Positions 17,506-27,228 are shown, numbered from the stretch's first letter. The stretch: 64,000 nucleotides of DNA from Rhabdothermincola salaria (GCF_021246445.1 NZ_JAJQXW010000002.1:62001-126000), one strand, 5' to 3'. Notes: generated by a model from the sequence alone, not told the origin. Made by a program: numbers and translations.

Positions 17506-18738
17506 CTACTCGGTGATGCCGAACCGCTCGAGCCCGTAGGCGGCGATGGCGTTGCCCCGCAGCACGGCGTAGCAGGCCTGTTCGTCCATGCCGGCCGCGG
17601 CGAAGAGGTCGCGCGCCACCTTGCGGGAGTGGGGGAAGGTGCCGTCGGAGTGGGGGTAGTCGGTCTCGAAGAGGATCTGCTCGACGCCCACGTCCGCGCG
17701 GCACTTGAGGCCGTGCAGGTCGTCGAAGACACAACCGAACACCCGACCCCGCACCTGCTCGCTCGGGGCGATGGGCAGGTCGACCCCGCCCACGCCGTCG
17801 CGCCAGACGCTGTCCATGCGCTCGAGCTGGAACGGCATCCAGCCCACCTGGCTCTCGGCGAAGGCGATCTTGAGCGAGTCGAAACGACCGAGGGTGCCCG
17901 AGAACACCCAGTCGGCGAGCGAGCCCTGGGCGTTCTGGGCGTACAGCGACATGGAGGTGGCCAGCGGGGCGTCGGGCGAGGTGGTGGGCATCGACGAGGA
18001 CGAGCCGATGTGCATCGACACGGTGGTCTCGGTCTCCTCGCAGGCCGTCCAGAGCACGTCCCACTCGCCGCTGTAGAGCGAGGGGAACCCGAGCTTGGAG
18101 GGGTTCTCGCTGAAGGCGATGGCGTGGCTGCCCTTGGCCGCGCAGCGGCGCACCTCGTCGGCCGCCAGCTGCGGGTCCCAGAGGGGGACCAGCGTGAGCG
18201 GGATCAACCGGCCCTGGCCGGCACCGCCGCACCACTCGTCGATCATCCAGTCGTTGTAGATGCGCAGGGACGTGACGGCGAGGTCCTTGTCGGGCCGTTC
18301 GGCGAAGCCCTGGCCGGCGAAGCGCGGAAAGATGTTGGGGTAGTTGATGGCCGCCGAGACGTGGTTGGTGTCCATGTCGGCCAGACGGGCGGCCTGGTCG
18401 TAGGTGCCGGGGCGGAAGTCCTCGTAGACCGCGGGCACGTTGCGCTGCTGGGACCGCGGGGTGCCCGCCGGGGCGTGCAGGAAGCCGGTGGGCACGGCCA
18501 GGTCGTCGAACAGCCAGACGTCGCACCACTGGCCGTCGTCGGCGTTGCGTTCGAAGCCGTAGTGCCCGCCGGTGAAGGTGAGCTTGACCTTCTCGCGCAC
18601 CGTGCGCGGGCCGCGCTCGCGCATCGACGCCGGGAGCTCTCGCTGCCAGAGGTCCTTGGGCTCGAGGACGTGGTCGTCGACGGAGATGATGTCGGGCAGC
18701 TCGTGCTCGGCGGGGGTCACGTCGGGGAGCAGGCTCAC
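17506..18738 (-). CDS. Amidohydrolase family 2 protein
   Basis: ISVDDHVLEP, SMHIGSS, FETDYPHSDGTFP; GGAGGA RBS before GTG. Confidence 0.92.
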   Translation of the reverse strand: MSLLPDVTPAEHELPDIISVDDHVLEPKDLWQRELPASMRERGPRTVREKVKLTFTGGHYGFERNADDGQWCDVWLFDDLAVPTGFLHAPAGTPRSQQRNVPAVYEDFRPGTYDQAARLADMDTNHVSAAINYPNIFPRFAGQGFAERPDKDLAVTSLRIYNDWMIDEWCGGAGQGRLIPLTLVPLWDPQLAADEVRRCAAKGSHAIAFSENPSKLGFPSLYSGEWDVLWTACEETETTVSMHIGSSSSMPTTSPDAPLATSMSLYAQNAQGSLADWVFSGTLGRFDSLKIAFAESQVGWMPFQLERMDSVWRDGVGGVDLPIAPSEQVRGRVFGCVFDDLHGLKCRADVGVEQILFETDYPHSDGTFPHSRKVARDLFAAAGMDEQACYAVLRGNAIAAYGLERFGITE

Positions 18739-18802
18739 AGGGTCCTCCAGGGTCGTCGGGCCCGGGTCCGCCCGACGGCGTCGGGGAGACCAGGTCCCCC
18801 CC

Positions 18803-18824
18803 ATACTATCTTTGCCCAAAGCTA
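18803..18824 (-). promoter_or_regulatory. -10 (TAGTAT) and overlapping MarR-type palindromic operator
   Basis: TATCTTTG-CC-CAAAGCTA (18807-18824) upstream of the amidohydrolase-marR operon. Confidence 0.55.
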
Positions 18825-18829
18825 CTAGG

Positions 18830-20566
18830 TCAAGCGCTAGTTCGGGCCCACACCCGCGGCGCGGTCGGACGGGCCGGCGAACCGGCTGTCGGACCGGCTC
18901 TCGGAGGGTCCGGCCGGCGGGTCGGCGGGCGGCGACCGGCCTTGCCCCGGTACATCTCCTCGTCGGCCCGACGCAGCAACGAGGCGGTGTCGTCGACGGG
19001 GTCGGCCACGGCCAGACCCACCGTCGCCCCCGTCGTGATCGCCGGCAGGCCGGCCAGCTCGATGGGGCGTTCCAGGGCGGTGCCGATCCGCTCGGCGATG
19101 CTCTGCAGGATCGTCGCCGACGCCGGCTCGCAGACCACGACGAACTCGTCCCCGCCGACCCGACCCACGAGGTCGGTCGGCCGGACGGCGTCGGCCAGCC
19201 GGCGCGCCACCACCGACAGGACGCGATCGCCGATGTCGTGACCGTAGGTGTCGTTCACGTCCTTGAAGCCGTCGAGGTCGAGGAACAGCACACCGACCTC
19301 GTGGAGGTGGCGGCGGGCCAGCGACTCGCCGACCCGGGTGTGCACGGCGGTGCGGTTGGGGAGGCCGGTGAGCCCGTCGTGGTGGGCCAGGTGGGCCAGC
19401 TCCTCGGTGAGGGACTTGCGCGAGGTGATGTCCTCCACGTGGGCGAGGAGGTGTTGGGGGGCGCCCTCGGCGTCGCGCAGCACCGACACGTTGAGCAGGC
19501 ACCAGACCACGGTGGCGTCGGGCCGCAGGTAGCGCTTCTCCATGCGGTAGCCGGGGATCCGTCCGCTCAGGAGCCGATCCAGGTAGTCGAGGTCGGCTCC
19601 GAGGTCGTCGGGGTGGGTGATGTCCTGGAAGCTCAGGTGGCTCAGATCCGCGGGCTCGCGGCCGAGGATGTCGGCCAGCGCCCGGTTCGCCTCCAGGAAG
19701 CGCCCGTCGAGGTCCACCAGGGCGATCCCGGTCGGCGCCTTGGCGAACGCCTGTCGGAAGCGCTCCTGCGCCGTGCTCAACGTCACCTCCAGCGAGCGTC
19801 GCTCGGTGATGTCGCGCATGTGCAGGATCACCCCTTCGACCGAGGGGTCCTGCAGGCGGTTGTTGGCCACCACCTCCATCAGGACCGGGCGCCCGAAGCG
19901 GTCCTCGATGCGCAGCTCGCGTGGCACGGTCGGACCCAATTCGGACAGGGTCTCGTCGAACGACCGAAGAGCCAGCTCACGGTCCTGCTCGGCGACGAGG
20001 TCGAACCCCGATCGGCCCTCGAGCTCGCTCGGCGTCCATCCGAGCTGGGTCTCGGCGGAGGCGCTGACGTAGGTGATGACGGCGCGGTCGTCGATGACCA
20101 CCACCACGTCCGAGGCGTGCTCCACCAGCGCCCGGTGGCGCCGTTCGCTGGCCAGCAGGGCGGCCCGGGCCACGTGCTCCGCGGTGACGTCGACACCGGT
20201 CGCCACGACCCGGCGAACGACGCCGGTGTCATCGCGGACCCCCGTCCGGGTGAACGAGATGGATCGCTCACCTCCGTCCCGGGTGCGCCACCGGCGGATC
20301 TGACGTCGAGGCTCCGCCGAGTCGAGGAAGCTGAGGTGCTCGTCGAGGACCTCGTCGAGCTCGTCGCACGCCATGAAGTCGAGCGCGCTGCGCCCGACGA
20401 GCTCGTCGACGGACCACCCCAGGATCCGCTCGCACGCGGGGTTCGCCCACAGGATCGACCCCCCGGCATCCGTCACCACGATCAACGACTCGGCTGTCTC
20501 GATCGCCGTCATCAGCACGTCGACGTCGAGACCGGACACTCCGGTAGGCAGCCTCTCCTCGGTCAC
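18830..20566 (-). CDS. PAS/PAC (x3) diguanylate cyclase
   Basis: Three PAS repeats, HDGLTGLPNR, DLDGFKDVNDTYGH, RPTD I-site and intact GGDEF. Confidence 0.92.
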   Translation of the reverse strand: MTEERLPTGVSGLDVDVLMTAIETAESLIVVTDAGGSILWANPACERILGWSVDELVGRSALDFMACDELDEVLDEHLSFLDSAEPRRQIRRWRTRDGGERSISFTRTGVRDDTGVVRRVVATGVDVTAEHVARAALLASERRHRALVEHASDVVVVIDDRAVITYVSASAETQLGWTPSELEGRSGFDLVAEQDRELALRSFDETLSELGPTVPRELRIEDRFGRPVLMEVVANNRLQDPSVEGVILHMRDITERRSLEVTLSTAQERFRQAFAKAPTGIALVDLDGRFLEANRALADILGREPADLSHLSFQDITHPDDLGADLDYLDRLLSGRIPGYRMEKRYLRPDATVVWCLLNVSVLRDAEGAPQHLLAHVEDITSRKSLTEELAHLAHHDGLTGLPNRTAVHTRVGESLARRHLHEVGVLFLDLDGFKDVNDTYGHDIGDRVLSVVARRLADAVRPTDLVGRVGGDEFVVVCEPASATILQSIAERIGTALERPIELAGLPAITTGATVGLAVADPVDDTASLLRRADEEMYRGKAGRRPPTRRPDPPRAGPTAGSPARPTAPRVWARTSA

Positions 20567-20665
20567 CGAAGAGTCATCGTCGCGTCGACGGCGGAGGTTG
20601 AGCGCGAGGTGGAGAATTTGCCCAGTCGACGGGGGACGACGAGAAATCCGAGCGAGCCGGCCACG

Positions 20666-20679
20666 GATTTGGTCAAATC
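20666..20679. promoter_or_regulatory. Palindromic putative operator between the divergent DGC and cfa genes
   Basis: GATTTG-GT-CAAATC. Confidence 0.35.
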
Positions 20680-20710
20680 TCTCCCAACGGCTGACAAGGA
20701 GGTGACGCCC

Positions 20711-22009
20711 ATGAGGGTGGCGAACCAGATCTCAGCGTTGTTCGGCGGCGCCGTGCCCGTGCGGATCGAGGCGTACGACGGCAGCGCGGCCGGGCCCGCC
20801 GACGCCGCCAGCACCCTGGTGGTGCGCCGCCCTCGCGCCCTGGCCCGACTCATCCAACGACCCGGGGAGCTCGGCATCGTGCGGGCCTACGTGAGCGGCG
20901 ACGTCGACTTCGAGGGCGACATCTTCGCCCTGCTCGAGACCGCAGTCGACGCCGGACTGCGTCCCGACCCCAAGGCCGTGCCCGGCTTGCTGGCGGCGGC
21001 GGGGGCCGACCTGTGGCGCATCCCGCCACCACCCCCCGAGGAGGTCCGCCTGCGCGGCGGGCTGCACACCCGGGGGCGTGACCGGGCCGCCATCTCCCAC
21101 CACTACGACGTGTCCAACGAGTTCTACCGGATGGTCCTCGGACCGTCGATGGTCTACTCCTGCGGGGTCTGGGAGTCGCCCGAGGCCGGGCTGGAGGCCG
21201 CCCAGGCGGCCAAGCTCGAGCTGGTGTGCCAGAAGCTGGCCCTCGAGCCGGGCATGCGCCTGCTCGACCTGGGCTGCGGCTGGGGCTCGATGGTCATCCA
21301 CGCCGCCCAGAACCACGGGGTCTCCGCGGTGGGCGTCACCCTGTCCACCGAGCAGGCCGAGCTGGCCCGCGAGCGGGTCAAGGAGGCCGGCGTCGACGAC
21401 CTCGTCGACATCCGCCTCCAGGACTACCGCGACGTCAGCGACGGCCCCTTCGACGCGGTCAGCTCGATCGGCATGTTCGAGCACGTGGGCCGGCGGCGCA
21501 TCGAGGAGTACAACACGACCCTGTTCCGGCTCCTGCGGCCGGAGGGCCGGCTGTTGAACCACGCCATCGCCCGTCCCGGGTGCCCCCAGGGCGAGTCGCC
21601 CCTCGGACGGGCCAAGGCCCTCCGCCGACGCCTGGCCACGGCCGTCGGGTCGGACCTCACCTCCCGCATCGACAGCCCTCTGATGAACCGCTACGTGTTC
21701 CCCGACGGCGAGCTCCACGAGGTCGGCGTCGTCGTGTCGCTCCTGCAGGACAACGGCTTCGAGGTGCGCCACCTCGAGTCCATCCGCGAGCACTACGACC
21801 TCACGCTGCGGGCCTGGGTGGCCAACCTCGAGGCCAACTGGGACGACGCCGTCGACGAGGTGGGCGAGGGACGGGCCCGGGTGTGGCGCCTCTACATGGC
21901 GGCGTGCGCGCTCAACTTCGCCCTCGGCGGCGTCCAGGTCCACCAGGTCCTGGCCGTCAAGCCCGGCAGCCGCGGCGCCAGCGGCATGCCCTGGCGCCCC
22001 GGCTTCTGA
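20711..22009 (+). CDS. cfa: Cyclopropane-fatty-acyl-phospholipid synthase family methyltransferase
   Basis: ISHHYDVSNEFY, LDLGCGWG, SIGMFEHVG, YVFPDGEL; AAGGAGGTG RBS. Confidence 0.88.
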   Translation: MRVANQISALFGGAVPVRIEAYDGSAAGPADAASTLVVRRPRALARLIQRPGELGIVRAYVSGDVDFEGDIFALLETAVDAGLRPDPKAVPGLLAAAGADLWRIPPPPPEEVRLRGGLHTRGRDRAAISHHYDVSNEFYRMVLGPSMVYSCGVWESPEAGLEAAQAAKLELVCQKLALEPGMRLLDLGCGWGSMVIHAAQNHGVSAVGVTLSTEQAELARERVKEAGVDDLVDIRLQDYRDVSDGPFDAVSSIGMFEHVGRRRIEEYNTTLFRLLRPEGRLLNHAIARPGCPQGESPLGRAKALRRRLATAVGSDLTSRIDSPLMNRYVFPDGELHEVGVVVSLLQDNGFEVRHLESIREHYDLTLRAWVANLEANWDDAVDEVGEGRARVWRLYMAACALNFALGGVQVHQVLAVKPGSRGASGMPWRPGF

Positions 22010-22040
22010 GGACGGCGGTCCTCACTGGTAGAAACGGCGC

Positions 22041-22769
22041 ATGGACCACGTCGAGACCATCCGCCGCGAGGGCACCGCTCTCGTCGAGGCCGCCGAGGCC
22101 GCCGGCCTCGACACGCCGGTCGCCGCCTGCCCCGGGTGGGACGTCCGCCGCCTGCTGCAGCACACGGCCAAGGTGCACCAGCGCACCGAGGCGGTGGTGC
22201 GCACCGGCGCCGACAGCCCTCCCCCGTCGAGCGAGTTCCCCCGCTTCGACGACGACTACCGGCTGTTCGCCCAGTTCCGCGCCGCCCTCGACGCGCTGTG
22301 CCTCACCCTCGAGGCCGCCGACCCCGAGGGACGCTCGTGGAACTTCACCAGCGGGTCCGGGACCAACGCGTTCTGGCCGCGCCGCATGGCCCACGAGACC
22401 ACGGTGCACCGCATCGACGCCCAGCGCACCGCCGGCCAGGACGCCGACCCGGTCCCCTCCGATCAGGCCGCCGACGGCATCGACGAGCTGGTCACGGTCA
22501 TGCTCCCCATGATGGTCGGCCTCAAGAAGCCCGATTGGAACGGCTCGATCCACCTCCACTGCACCGACCAGGCGGGCGAGTGGACGCTGCGCCTCGAGGA
22601 GGGCGCGCTCGCAGTCAGCCGCGACCACGAAAAGGGCGACCTGGCCGTTCGCGGCCCGGCGGCGGGCATGTTCCTGTGGGCGTGGAACCGGGCCGACCCG
22701 GCCGACGTCGGGCTCGAGTGCTTCGGCGACACCGCGCTGCTCGAGGCCTGGACCCAGCTCGTCCCCTGA
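22041..22769 (+). CDS. Mycothiol-dependent maleylpyruvate isomerase (MDMPI) family protein
   Basis: ACPGWDVRRLLQH, RRMAHETTVHRID, AADGIDE; SCP2-like C-terminus. Confidence 0.87.
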   Translation: MDHVETIRREGTALVEAAEAAGLDTPVAACPGWDVRRLLQHTAKVHQRTEAVVRTGADSPPPSSEFPRFDDDYRLFAQFRAALDALCLTLEAADPEGRSWNFTSGSGTNAFWPRRMAHETTVHRIDAQRTAGQDADPVPSDQAADGIDELVTVMLPMMVGLKKPDWNGSIHLHCTDQAGEWTLRLEEGALAVSRDHEKGDLAVRGPAAGMFLWAWNRADPADVGLECFGDTALLEAWTQLVP

Positions 22770-22832
22770 CGGCCGGTGGACGCCTCGACGGCGGCGACCG
22801 CCGTCGCGGGCCGGTCGGCTCGGTGGCAGGGC

Positions 22833-23243
22833 TCAGCGCAGGAACGTCCACCACATGCTGGCCCCGAGGGCCAGCACGCTGACCCCCACCCCGCTGACGA
22901 CGACGTGACGGGGCACGTTGCCGTCGGCGTCGGCCGGCAAGCGAGCCCGCACCTTCTCGAGGAGTCGGGCGGCGAAGGGCACGTCGACCGACAGGATCAA
23001 CAGGCCGGCGGCCAGGGTGAGGAGCCCGGGACCCGGCAGCACCATCAGCACCAGCCCGAGCACGCACAGGAACGACCCGGCGGTCATCCGGCCCAGACGC
23101 CGCAGCAGGCTGCGCTTGGCCTCGGCCCGGGTCTCCTCGCGGCGACCCGTCTCCATCTCGGCGGCCAACGCCGCCTCCTCGAGGGCCTCGAGCCGGGGGT
23201 GCTCGTGGTGGCCGTGCGGTCGACCCGGCTCGTCGTCGGCCAT
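22833..23243 (-). CDS. PGPGW-domain membrane protein
   Basis: LMVLPGPGLL within a hydrophobic hairpin; ATG overlaps the htpX stop. Confidence 0.75.
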   Translation of the reverse strand: MADDEPGRPHGHHEHPRLEALEEAALAAEMETGRREETRAEAKRSLLRRLGRMTAGSFLCVLGLVLMVLPGPGLLTLAAGLLILSVDVPFAARLLEKVRARLPADADGNVPRHVVVSGVGVSVLALGASMWWTFLR

Positions 23244-24163
23244 CAGAGCCCGCCGACCTGCATCGAGCGGAGACGGGCCACCCGGTCCTCGACGGGTGGG
23301 TGGGTCATGAACCAACGGGCGGCCTTGGCCTCCCGGCCCCGCAGCGGGTTGACGATGTAGGCCGTGGACTGGGCCGGGTTCACGTGGACCGGGGTCTGCT
23401 GGGCCACGGCCTCGAGCTTGAGCAGGGCTCGGGCCAGGGGCTCAGGGTCGCCCATGATCTCGGCGCCGGCTCGGTCGGCCTCGTACTCACGTGAGCGGGA
23501 CAGGGCCATCTGCAACAGCCCGGCCGCCACCGGCGCCAACAGGGCCATGAGCAGCAGGGCGAAGGGGTTGGGGGAGTCGTCGTCGCCACCACCGCCGAAC
23601 ATCGACGCCCACATGGCCATGTTGGCCACGAAGCTGATGGCCATGGCGATGGCGGCGGCCACCGAGCCGATGAGGATGTCGCGGTTGCGGATGTGGCCCA
23701 TCTCGTGGGCCAGCACACCCATCAGCTCGTCGCGGTCGGTGATGTCGAGCAACCCGCGGGTGACGGCGACGACGGCGTGCTGGGGGTTGCGGCCGGTGGC
23801 GAAGGCGTTGGGCTGGGGGGAGTCGATGAAGTACACCCGGGGCATCGGGGTGCCCGCCCGCGCGACCACCTCGCGCACCGCCTCGTGCAGACGGGGGGCC
23901 TCGGCCTCGGAGATGGGTACAGCGCCGGCCGAGCGCACCGCCAAGGCGTCGCTCTTCCAGTAGGACGCGCCGCAGATGCCGAGGCCCATGGCCAGGCCGA
24001 TGGCGGCGCCGGTGGTGCCACCGAGGAGGCCACCGATCACGATCAGCAGCCCGCCGATGGCCGCCAGCAGCACCGCCGTCTTGGCGATGTTGCCGGCCCC
24101 CATCACCCGACTGTCGACCTTGCGGCCGGTTCCACCACCGGGGTTGGTGCTGGCATCGAACAT
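23243..24163 (-). CDS. htpX: Zinc metalloprotease HtpX (M48); alternative start 24103
   Basis: QPNAFATGRNP, HEMGH, SRSREYEAD, FMTHPP; AGGAG RBS before the ATG at 24163. Confidence 0.92.
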   Translation of the reverse strand: MFDASTNPGGGTGRKVDSRVMGAGNIAKTAVLLAAIGGLLIVIGGLLGGTTGAAIGLAMGLGICGASYWKSDALAVRSAGAVPISEAEAPRLHEAVREVVARAGTPMPRVYFIDSPQPNAFATGRNPQHAVVAVTRGLLDITDRDELMGVLAHEMGHIRNRDILIGSVAAAIAMAISFVANMAMWASMFGGGGDDDSPNPFALLLMALLAPVAAGLLQMALSRSREYEADRAGAEIMGDPEPLARALLKLEAVAQQTPVHVNPAQSTAYIVNPLRGREAKAARWFMTHPPVEDRVARLRSMQVGGL

Positions 24164-24225
24164 CGTGGGAACGGCTCCTCTCGAGCGGTCGTACCGGAAC
24201 TCTGCTTCTTCCATTCTGGCCCCTG

Positions 24226-26988
24226 TCAGCGCCCGATCCACCGCGCCACGAGCTTGCGCAGCTCCTCGGCGACCAGCACGGTCAGGGCCACCACGATGCA
24301 CAGGCCCCACTGCGCGACGGACAACGTCTCGGTGTCGAACAGCCGCTGGACCGGATCCCATTCGGTGGCCATCACCTGGAGGGCGACGACGCCGCCGATG
24401 GCGGCCCAGAGCTTGGGGTTGCTGAAGGCATAGCGGGTCAGGGCGCTGCGGTGCTCGGTGCGGGCGTTGAAGGCGTTCACCATCTGGAAGAGCACGAAGG
24501 TGTTGAACGTCATGGTGAGGGCGACCGCCTCGCCGTAGGCCTCGCGGGCCCAGACGAAGAGGCCGAGCGTGCCGACGGTCATCACCGCGGCGAAGAACAG
24601 CAACCGGACGACCCGGCTGAGCGAGAGGATGGGCGCGTCGCTCCGGCGCGGGTGGCGGTCCATGACCCCGGGGGCGGGCGGATCGACGCCGAGCGACATG
24701 GCGGGTGGGCCGTCGGCGATGATGTTCACCCAGAGCACCTGGATCGGCGTGAACGGCACGGGCAACCCGATGAGGCTGGCCGTGAGGATGGTGCCGATGG
24801 CGCCCAGGTTCGTCGACAGCTGGAAGCGGACGAACTTCACGATGTTGTCGTAGATCGTGCGGCCCCGCTCGACCGCCCCGACGATGGTGGCGAAGTTGTC
24901 GTCGGTGAGCACCATGTCGCCGGCTTCCTTGGTGACCTCGGTGCCGGTGATGCCCATGGCCACGCCGATGTCGGCGGTGCGCAGGGCGGCGGCGTCGTTC
25001 ACGCCGTCGCCCGTCATGGCCACGACGTGCCCCCGCGCCTGGAGGGCCTTCACCACCCGGACCTTGTGCTCGGGCGACACCCGGGCGCACACCCCGATCC
25101 CCTCGATCGCCTGGGCCAGCTCGTCGTCGCTCATGGCGGTGAGGTCGTCGCCGGTCACGACCCGGCCCTCGATGCCGAGGTCAGCGGCGATGGCCCCGGC
25201 GGTGCTGGCGTGGTCGCCGGTGATCATCTTCACGTCGATGCCGGCCCGGTGGCACAACCGGATGGCGTCGCGGGCCTCGGACCGCGGCGGGTCGACGATG
25301 CCGACGAGGGCGTGCAACACCAACTCGTCGATCCACCGGTCGGGGTCGGCCACCTGCCCGTCGGGCCCCAGCACCTCCGATGCGGCGAGCCGTCGCGAGG
25401 CGACGGCCAGAACCCGTCGGCCCTCCGACGCGATCCGGCCGTTGTCGGCGTGGCGGGCCGAACGGGACTCGTCGTCGAGCTCGCGCACCGATCCGTCGCC
25501 GTCGAGGAACGCCGTCGAGCGCTCGAGCACCACGTCGGGGGCCCCCTTGACGTAGACGACGACGGCGTCGTCGTCGTCCTCGGCCCGGTGGAAGGTGGCC
25601 ATGAACTTGGTGGCCGAATCGAACGGCACCTCGCCCAGCCGGGGGCGGGCCTCACGCAGGGCGTCGACGTCGATCCCCGCCTTGGCGGCCACGACCACGA
25701 GCGCCACCTCGGTGGGATCGCCCACCACCTCCGGCTCTCCGTCGCCATCGGTGCGCACCACGGCATCGGCGCACAGGGCGGCGGGCACGAGGGTCTCGGT
25801 CAGCTCGGCGGGGTCGGCCGTGCTCCCGTCGGGGTCCTCGAACCCACCCTCGAGGCGGTACCCCTCGCCGGTGGCGGCCCACGAACGACCACCCCGAACC
25901 ACCTCGCGGGCGGTCATCTGGTTGAGCGTGAGGGTGCCGGTCTTGTCCGAGCAGATCGTGGTGGTGGACCCCAACGTCTCCACCGAGTGCAGACGCTTCA
26001 CGATGGCGTTGCGCTTGGCCATCTGGGAGATGCCCACCGCCAGGGTGACCGTGACCACGGCGGGGAGCCCTTCGGGAATGGCCGCGACGGCCAGGGCGAC
26101 CGCGCCCAGGGCCGCGTCACCGAACGTCTCTCCCTGGATCATCTGCAGGGCGAACACCAACCCCACGGCGACCAGGGCGATGGCCGCCAGCCGCTTGGTG
26201 AGGCCGTCGAGCTGGCGCTGCAGCGGAGTGTCGCCCACCTCGGCGGCGTTGAGGAGGTCGGCCACCTTGCCCATCTCGGTGTCCATCGCAGTGGCGGTGA
26301 CGACCATCTCGGACCGGCCCCGGGTGACCGTGGTGTTCATGTACAGCGACCCGACGCGGTCGCCCAGGGGGACCTCGGGGCCCGGGGCCACCGACCCGTC
26401 CTTCTCCACCGCCACCGATTCGCCGGTGAGGGCCGACTCGTCGACGGACAGGTTGGCGGCCATGAGGATGCGGCCGTCGGCGGGCACCCGGTCGCCGGCC
26501 TCGAGGAGCACGACGTCGCCCGGGACGAGGTCGTCGGTGACGACCTCGCGCACCTCCCCGTCCCGACGGACCCGCACCCGCGAGATCAGCATCTCCTCGA
26601 GGGCGGCGAGGGCGTTGCTGGCCTTGGCCTCCTGCGTGTAGCCGAGGACGGCGTTGATCAACAGCACCACGGCGATGACGATGGGGTCCTTCAGGTCCCC
26701 GAACACGGCGGCCAGCACCGCGGCACCGGCCAGCAGGACCACGATGCCGCTGCGGAACTGATCCAGGAAGAGCTTCCAGCGCGGCCGCGGGGGCGTCTCG
26801 GCCAGGCGGTTCGGTCCGTAGCGGGCGGTGCGCTCGACGACCTCGGCCGAGGAGAGACCGACGGTGGGGTCCACCTCCAGCCGCTCCGCCGCCTCTGCGG
26901 CGGCCAGCACGTGCCAGTCCGGCGGGGTGGCCTCGGCGACGGACACGGACCCGCCCTCGGTCGAGGCGGACGGGGTGGGATCGGGCAT
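24226..26988 (-). CDS. Cation-transporting P-type ATPase (P2A/YoaB-like; Ca2+/Mn2+)
   Basis: TGES, AAIPEGL, DKTGTLT, KGAP, TGDH and GDGVND motifs. Confidence 0.93.
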   Translation of the reverse strand: MPDPTPSASTEGGSVSVAEATPPDWHVLAAAEAAERLEVDPTVGLSSAEVVERTARYGPNRLAETPPRPRWKLFLDQFRSGIVVLLAGAAVLAAVFGDLKDPIVIAVVLLINAVLGYTQEAKASNALAALEEMLISRVRVRRDGEVREVVTDDLVPGDVVLLEAGDRVPADGRILMAANLSVDESALTGESVAVEKDGSVAPGPEVPLGDRVGSLYMNTTVTRGRSEMVVTATAMDTEMGKVADLLNAAEVGDTPLQRQLDGLTKRLAAIALVAVGLVFALQMIQGETFGDAALGAVALAVAAIPEGLPAVVTVTLAVGISQMAKRNAIVKRLHSVETLGSTTTICSDKTGTLTLNQMTAREVVRGGRSWAATGEGYRLEGGFEDPDGSTADPAELTETLVPAALCADAVVRTDGDGEPEVVGDPTEVALVVVAAKAGIDVDALREARPRLGEVPFDSATKFMATFHRAEDDDDAVVVYVKGAPDVVLERSTAFLDGDGSVRELDDESRSARHADNGRIASEGRRVLAVASRRLAASEVLGPDGQVADPDRWIDELVLHALVGIVDPPRSEARDAIRLCHRAGIDVKMITGDHASTAGAIAADLGIEGRVVTGDDLTAMSDDELAQAIEGIGVCARVSPEHKVRVVKALQARGHVVAMTGDGVNDAAALRTADIGVAMGITGTEVTKEAGDMVLTDDNFATIVGAVERGRTIYDNIVKFVRFQLSTNLGAIGTILTASLIGLPVPFTPIQVLWVNIIADGPPAMSLGVDPPAPGVMDRHPRRSDAPILSLSRVVRLLFFAAVMTVGTLGLFVWAREAYGEAVALTMTFNTFVLFQMVNAFNARTEHRSALTRYAFSNPKLWAAIGGVVALQVMATEWDPVQRLFDTETLSVAQWGLCIVVALTVLVAEELRKLVARWIGR

Positions 26989-27049
26989 CTACGGACTCCG
27001 GTCAGGTGGTGACGTGGCTTGAACGGACCCGACGGGCCTGTTCGATGCG

Positions 27050-27150
27050 ACCGGAGGTCTCCCCCACCCGTGAAGGCCGATGGCACCGGGTGCCGACCGA
27101 GGCCGGCGCCGTGATGACGACACCATCGAGACGGGGTACTCCCCTCACTG
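27050..27150 (-). ncRNA. yybP-ykoY (Mn2+-sensing) riboswitch
   Basis: Minus strand reads GAGGGGAGTACCCC...TCGTCATCACGG...CCCGG...GGGGGAGACCTC, the conserved yybP-ykoY blocks; lies in the 5' UTR of the P-type ATPase, with a CATACT -10 upstream. Confidence 0.85.
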
Positions 27151-27228
27151 CCGGGCAGTATGCCCCAACCCCGCCGCGGTCGACACCCACCCCGGCGCCG
27201 CGGCGCACGAGAGGTGACCGAAGGGGCG

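Noticed and set aside
18572..22009. 1145-aa giant Cfa fusion
   Set aside because: The N-terminal part is antisense to the GGDEF gene; the real start is ATG 20711 with a strong RBS.
22007..22024. TGAGGAC-GGCG-GTCCTCA hairpin as a third copy of the tRNA-islet repeat
   Set aside because: Only a 7-bp arm is shared; more simply a small hairpin at the cfa stop.
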